The notes beneath the pieces were generated by a model. That model was not told the DNA's origin and did no database searches. It was given only the letters and a program-made list of their open reading frames with translations. Below, one piece after another: positions 60,944 to 64,000 of a DNA stretch of 64,000 nucleotides. This DNA comes from a virus. The stretch covers positions 2,396 to 66,395 of IMG/VR virus record IMGVR_UViG_3300020159_003728; one strand, written 5' to 3'. The position numbers were made by a program, and so were the translations under genes. How positions within the stretch are numbered: the first letter of the stretch is position 1; every line of letters begins with the position of its first letter.

Positions 60944-61207
60944 ATGAGTATCGGATATAAGGTATGTGCAGAAATGAATTACCCGTCGGGTCTAAGGATC
61001 CACGAATGGAATTACTACTTAGTCAATGACGCAACACTCTTACCGTTGGCCTGGGTAACAATGTCAGACGACGAGAAGGCTACTTATCTCAATGAGGACT
61101 CTAACTGTCATTGGGTCAAAGGTTGGATCACCGGTGACGATCTCGAAGTTACTGACGACGAGGCTGGCCTTCAGGATTACAATGTCGTAGAAGTGGGAGA
61201 GTGGTAG
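60944..61207 (+). CDS. Hypothetical protein
   Basis: AAGGAG precedes ATG 60944. Confidence 0.65.
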   Translation: MSIGYKVCAEMNYPSGLRIHEWNYYLVNDATLLPLAWVTMSDDEKATYLNEDSNCHWVKGWITGDDLEVTDDEAGLQDYNVVEVGEW

Positions 61208-61355
61208 TCCATCCGATGAGGACCTGCTCATCGTGGCTGTCGTAGATGCGGAGATTCGCAATCGAGTGGGGCAAGATCACCCCGTCGGTTTGGCGAGTCT
61301 TCTCGCCCCCCGCCCCTGATGCAATTAGAGGTGATGCAGGAACATTTCTGGAATT

Positions 61356-61421
61356 AGCCCCGTGGGTAAATTTCCTAGTCGGGGCTCACCTCAAGTATCA
61401 CTCATCGACGGTGGCGTATGA
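61356..61421 (+). repeat. Dispersed composite repeat, copy 3
   Basis: AGCCCCG-N17-CGGGGCT-N20-GACGGTGGCGTATGA. Confidence 0.75.
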
Positions 61422-61477
61422 GTCGAGTGAATGGAGCGAGTTAGTGCGCCGGCCACCCTGACCAGCGCACCATCTTC

Positions 61478-61696
61478 TCAGTCAAATACTTTTACCCCGT
61501 ACAACTTGGTGATGTCCTTGCGGAGCGGAGTCAAGCCCTTCAGCGTTCCGTGAGTGTGGTACTTCTGCTGGCACGAGTTGCTTTTTGGGGGAACGATCAC
61601 CCAACCGCCATTCGCCTTGCGGAGTACCTCGAAACCTAGGCGTTCAAGTTCTTTGAAGAACCCGATCACTAACTTGTTTCCATGTTGTCTTGCCAT
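61478..61696 (-). CDS. Small basic protein, HicA-like fold
   Basis: LERLGFEVLRKANGGW..HGT..LRKDI. AAGGAAAGG RBS. Confidence 0.5.
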   Translation of the reverse strand: MARQHGNKLVIGFFKELERLGFEVLRKANGGWVIVPPKSNSCQQKYHTHGTLKGLTPLRKDITKLYGVKVFD

Positions 61697-61837
61697 TGCC
61701 TTGCCTTTCCTTAGTAGGTATAAGGGATACTATGCCGGCCATGTTCCGTTGTCAATTATTTCCCGAAATTGTTGATGCTTGACATTCGACTTACGATTTC
61801 ATACCTTGTCTATACCTACTAGTGACAGGAGACAGAA

Positions 61838-62023
61838 ATGAAACTAAGTTCAAAAAAGCGCATCGGTGCGCTGGCCTTATTGAGTGTCAATGTCGGGTTG
61901 CTTCGGTGGCAGGGCTATTACGGCCTCATGCCGGTTATGCCTTGGCCTCAGGCGATCATTGGTGCTGTGTTGATGACCGGTGTGAGTCTGCGAATTTTTG
62001 TTCTCATCAACAAGTATCTGTGA
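61838..62023 (+). CDS. Small membrane protein
   Basis: AGGAG RBS, two hydrophobic segments and TTGACA-17-TACCTT upstream (61779-61807). Confidence 0.6.
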   Translation: MKLSSKKRIGALALLSVNVGLLRWQGYYGLMPVMPWPQAIIGAVLMTGVSLRIFVLINKYL

Positions 62024-62028
62024 AACGC

Positions 62029-62075
62029 AAAAAGGCCGTGTGGGGTATCGCTACCTCACACGGCCTTTTTGTTTT
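62029..62075. terminator. Bidirectional terminator
   Basis: AAAAAGGCCGTGTGGGGT..ACCTCACACGGCCTTTTT between convergent genes. Confidence 0.85.
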
Positions 62076-62081
62076 GGGGGA

Positions 62082-62279
62082 TTAGTCGAAACGGACTTTA
62101 TTCTGCTCGGCCCAGCGGTTGCCAGCACCTCGCACCGGAGTCACCTTGTAGTCCTTGTGCCCATAGCGTTTACGCATGGCGAGTACACGAACCTCAAAGT
62201 CGAGGCCTTCAACCATCATCATTCCGACCCGGCCAATGTTCTCGTCGGTCTCACATAATTCAAGCGGTGGTGTTGTCAT
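62082..62279 (-). CDS. Hypothetical protein
   Basis: GAGGTG RBS; RYGH..Y.V.P..G.G..W motif. Confidence 0.65.
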   Translation of the reverse strand: MTTPPLELCETDENIGRVGMMMVEGLDFEVRVLAMRKRYGHKDYKVTPVRGAGNRWAEQNKVRFD

Positions 62280-62289
62280 TTAGATCACC

Positions 62290-62793
62290 TCAGTACCAAC
62301 AGATAAGGCCGTCGGTGGTCTCTGCGGCCCATCGCAAATACCATTCGGCGTACTGTAGGCCGGCGATGATCTCGGCGGCTTCTTCGGCGGCGGTCTCTTC
62401 GGGCTCGTATGAGTTCCATGCGAGACGACATAGATCTGCCGTTGCGATACAAGACGATGCCGACTTGACCGTTCCATCTTCTTCGTCACCGTAGAACGAC
62501 AAGTTATCGCCCATCAGATCGCTATCTGTCGCCTCTTCCAGCAGGCGGTTGCCGTACTTGCCTCGATACCAGCAGTCTGTGCCGAACATTCCCAGCACAT
62601 GACCTTCTGTGGGTGGGTTGGCGTTCTTCCAGGGGCAACCACCGGCGGCCTGAGTTTGTTCGCAGTCAATCACCGTTACGGCTTCACCGTTCTCGTCATA
62701 GACCGGGTTTTCTTGGTCATCGTGGCGATGAATTAGTACGGCAGTTCCTTGCGTCTTACAGGGGTAATGCTTGGGAATATTGTCGAGTCCCAT
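62290..62793 (-). CDS. Hypothetical protein (MGLD-start type)
   Basis: GAAAGGA precedes ATG 62793; CWYRGK motif and C-terminal WY. Confidence 0.7.
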   Translation of the reverse strand: MGLDNIPKHYPCKTQGTAVLIHRHDDQENPVYDENGEAVTVIDCEQTQAAGGCPWKNANPPTEGHVLGMFGTDCWYRGKYGNRLLEEATDSDLMGDNLSFYGDEEDGTVKSASSCIATADLCRLAWNSYEPEETAAEEAAEIIAGLQYAEWYLRWAAETTDGLICWY

Positions 62794-62987
62794 GAGTTTC
62801 CTTTCGTAGTAGGTATTAGTAATGATAGGGCCACCAAATAAAAAACACAACTTGGAATTATTTATTAGCAGGATCAGGCGCACCTGCGCTCGACGAATGG
62901 GTTGGCCGTGTTCTTGTTGGCGACCTCGGATCAGTTTGAGATCCTCGACTGACCCCAGGCCGGCGGAAACACACACAGCAAAGCCGG

Positions 62988-63056
62988 CGTACATTCATCT
63001 CGGCGTGTCCGCGAGCCCCGTAGGACAAATAATCAAACGGGGCTAATGCCAGATGT
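62988..63056 (-). repeat. Dispersed repeat, inverted copy
   Basis: On -: TCTGGCATTAGCCCCG-N17-CGGGGCT-cgcggacacgcCGAGATGAATG, which matches the flanks of the other copies. Confidence 0.65.
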
Positions 63057-63087
63057 CTGGGCGAAGATCAAAGAATTCCGCATCGCG

Positions 63088-63129
63088 AGCTACTCGACCG
63101 GGTAAAAAAGCTACTCGACCGAGTAAAAA
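63088..63129. repeat. 21-bp tandem repeat
   Basis: AGCTACTCGACCGRGTAAAAA twice. Confidence 0.8.
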
Positions 63130-63220
63130 CCGGACATCGAGATCCGCCGCGAGTAAAATTTTACCGGGAGATTCCCGGCAGCGAAGCATTTTGCGGGAAA
63201 AATGCCGATGAAAACAAATT

Positions 63221-63287
63221 AGCCCCGGGGTGGGAATTCTCAGGCGGGGCCACCTGCCCTGTATCACTCACTGACGGTGGCGGATGA
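63221..63287 (+). repeat. Dispersed composite repeat, copy 4
   Basis: AGCCCCG-N17-CGGGGCC-N21-GACGGTGGCGGATGA. Confidence 0.75.
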
Positions 63288-63402
63288 GTCTCGGCATCTT
63301 CTCGATCACCGCCCCACCCCTGGAAATGTCGAGTCGATCCGCCCCTGGGAACAAAAAATGCCGGGCGGATCATCTGACCCGCCCGGCATTTGGCAACTCT
63401 CA

Positions 63403-63690
63403 TCACTCGAGAATGATCATCCACTCGTCGGTCTCGTCGCCATTCTCCACGAGGCTTTCGAACTCTTCAACACTTTCGCAGTAGTAAAAGATATTCGAAT
63501 CCCACGCCTCTAATTCCGGCGACATCTCGTCGAAGCCGGGATACTCGCACCCGATAGCGATTCGGTAACCACTGGCTGGCTCATCCTCGTCGGCGTACTT
63601 GATCGTGACATCGGCGTAGACCATCACGCCTTCCGGCGTGATGGTCTCGTATAGCTCGAATGTGTGACCGTTCACTGTGATCTGATCCAT
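63403..63690 (-). CDS. Acidic hypothetical protein
   Basis: ATG 1 nt after the upstream stop; D..IFYYC motif. Confidence 0.65.
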   Translation of the reverse strand: MDQITVNGHTFELYETITPEGVMVYADVTIKYADEDEPASGYRIAIGCEYPGFDEMSPELEAWDSNIFYYCESVEEFESLVENGDETDEWMIILE

Positions 63691-63691
63691 C

Positions 63692-64000
63692 TCACTCACC
63701 ACCGGTGACTGTGAACCGTGGCTCAACAAACTGAAGAACCTTGAAGACGATCTTTTCAATAATTGCTACTTGTTCGTCTGTGAGTCCTAGCGTCTCGCCT
63801 TCATCATCTGTGCCACCGGTAAGCACGACATCGCCCAAGATGTAGTCAGTATGTGCGCCGTATGCCTTATCCCACATGAACTGTGCGAACGGGTTATGAG
63901 CTAGTCCGTGGATCTTGCCTTCTTCGTTGAGCCACATGGACAAGTCGTTGGCGAGATCGACTGCCTGCACCCATCCATTGACTGCAGTCTGCAGGGTCTG
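63692..64000 (-). CDS. DUF3846-like protein (5' partial)
   Basis: LQTAVNGWVQAV..MWLNEEGK..N..ILGDVVLTG; the frame is open to the window edge. Confidence 0.8.
   Translation of the reverse strand, partial: QTLQTAVNGWVQAVDLANDLSMWLNEEGKIHGLAHNPFAQFMWDKAYGAHTDYILGDVVLTGGTDDEGETLGLTDEQVAIIEKIVFKVLQFVEPRFTVTGGE

Noticed and set aside
59035-63290. Dispersed palindromes as integron attC sites or IS ends
   Set aside because: No RYYYAAC/GTTRRRY cores, and no integrase or transposase in the window.
1-64000. Stop-codon reassignment, DGR/retron or integration module
   Set aside because: Long ORFs are intact in the standard code, and no reverse transcriptase or integrase motifs were seen.

Overview
This window looks like part of a large tailed-phage genome with an actinobacterial host. 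Support: a WhiB regulator, leaderless TANNNT promoters, CGAAC-N4-GTTCG LexA-type boxes and a PPDK-like fragment. The left arm (1-35.5 kb, + strand) is a head module. An HK97-fold major capsid gene is flanked by large modular proteins (382-3662 aa) that share two short tags, DGDGDG..NPxTGRDDxP and RCPxG-x6-[FI]TD-x5-C. The tags sit after Lys-Gly/Ala-type junctions and precede different cargo domains: zincin peptidases, a HipA/PI3K-like kinase and a degenerate paralogue, an ADP-ribosyltransferase, HTH arrays, a PPDK phospho-His domain and a transglutaminase-like domain. A glycosyl/methyltransferase cassette follows the capsid gene. The right arm (35.5-64 kb, mostly - strand) holds class II RNR, ThyX, MazG, primase-helicase, SSB, an SNF2 helicase, DUF932, an ADP-ribosylhydrolase-phosphatase fusion and many small ORFs. 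Non-coding highlights are a 175-bp cluster of six DnaA boxes, two LexA boxes and a GTTAC-N6-GTTAC repeat at about 43.5 kb, a dispersed composite repeat at 59-63 kb, and two candidate structured RNAs. All family calls come from motif recognition by eye; no database searches were run.
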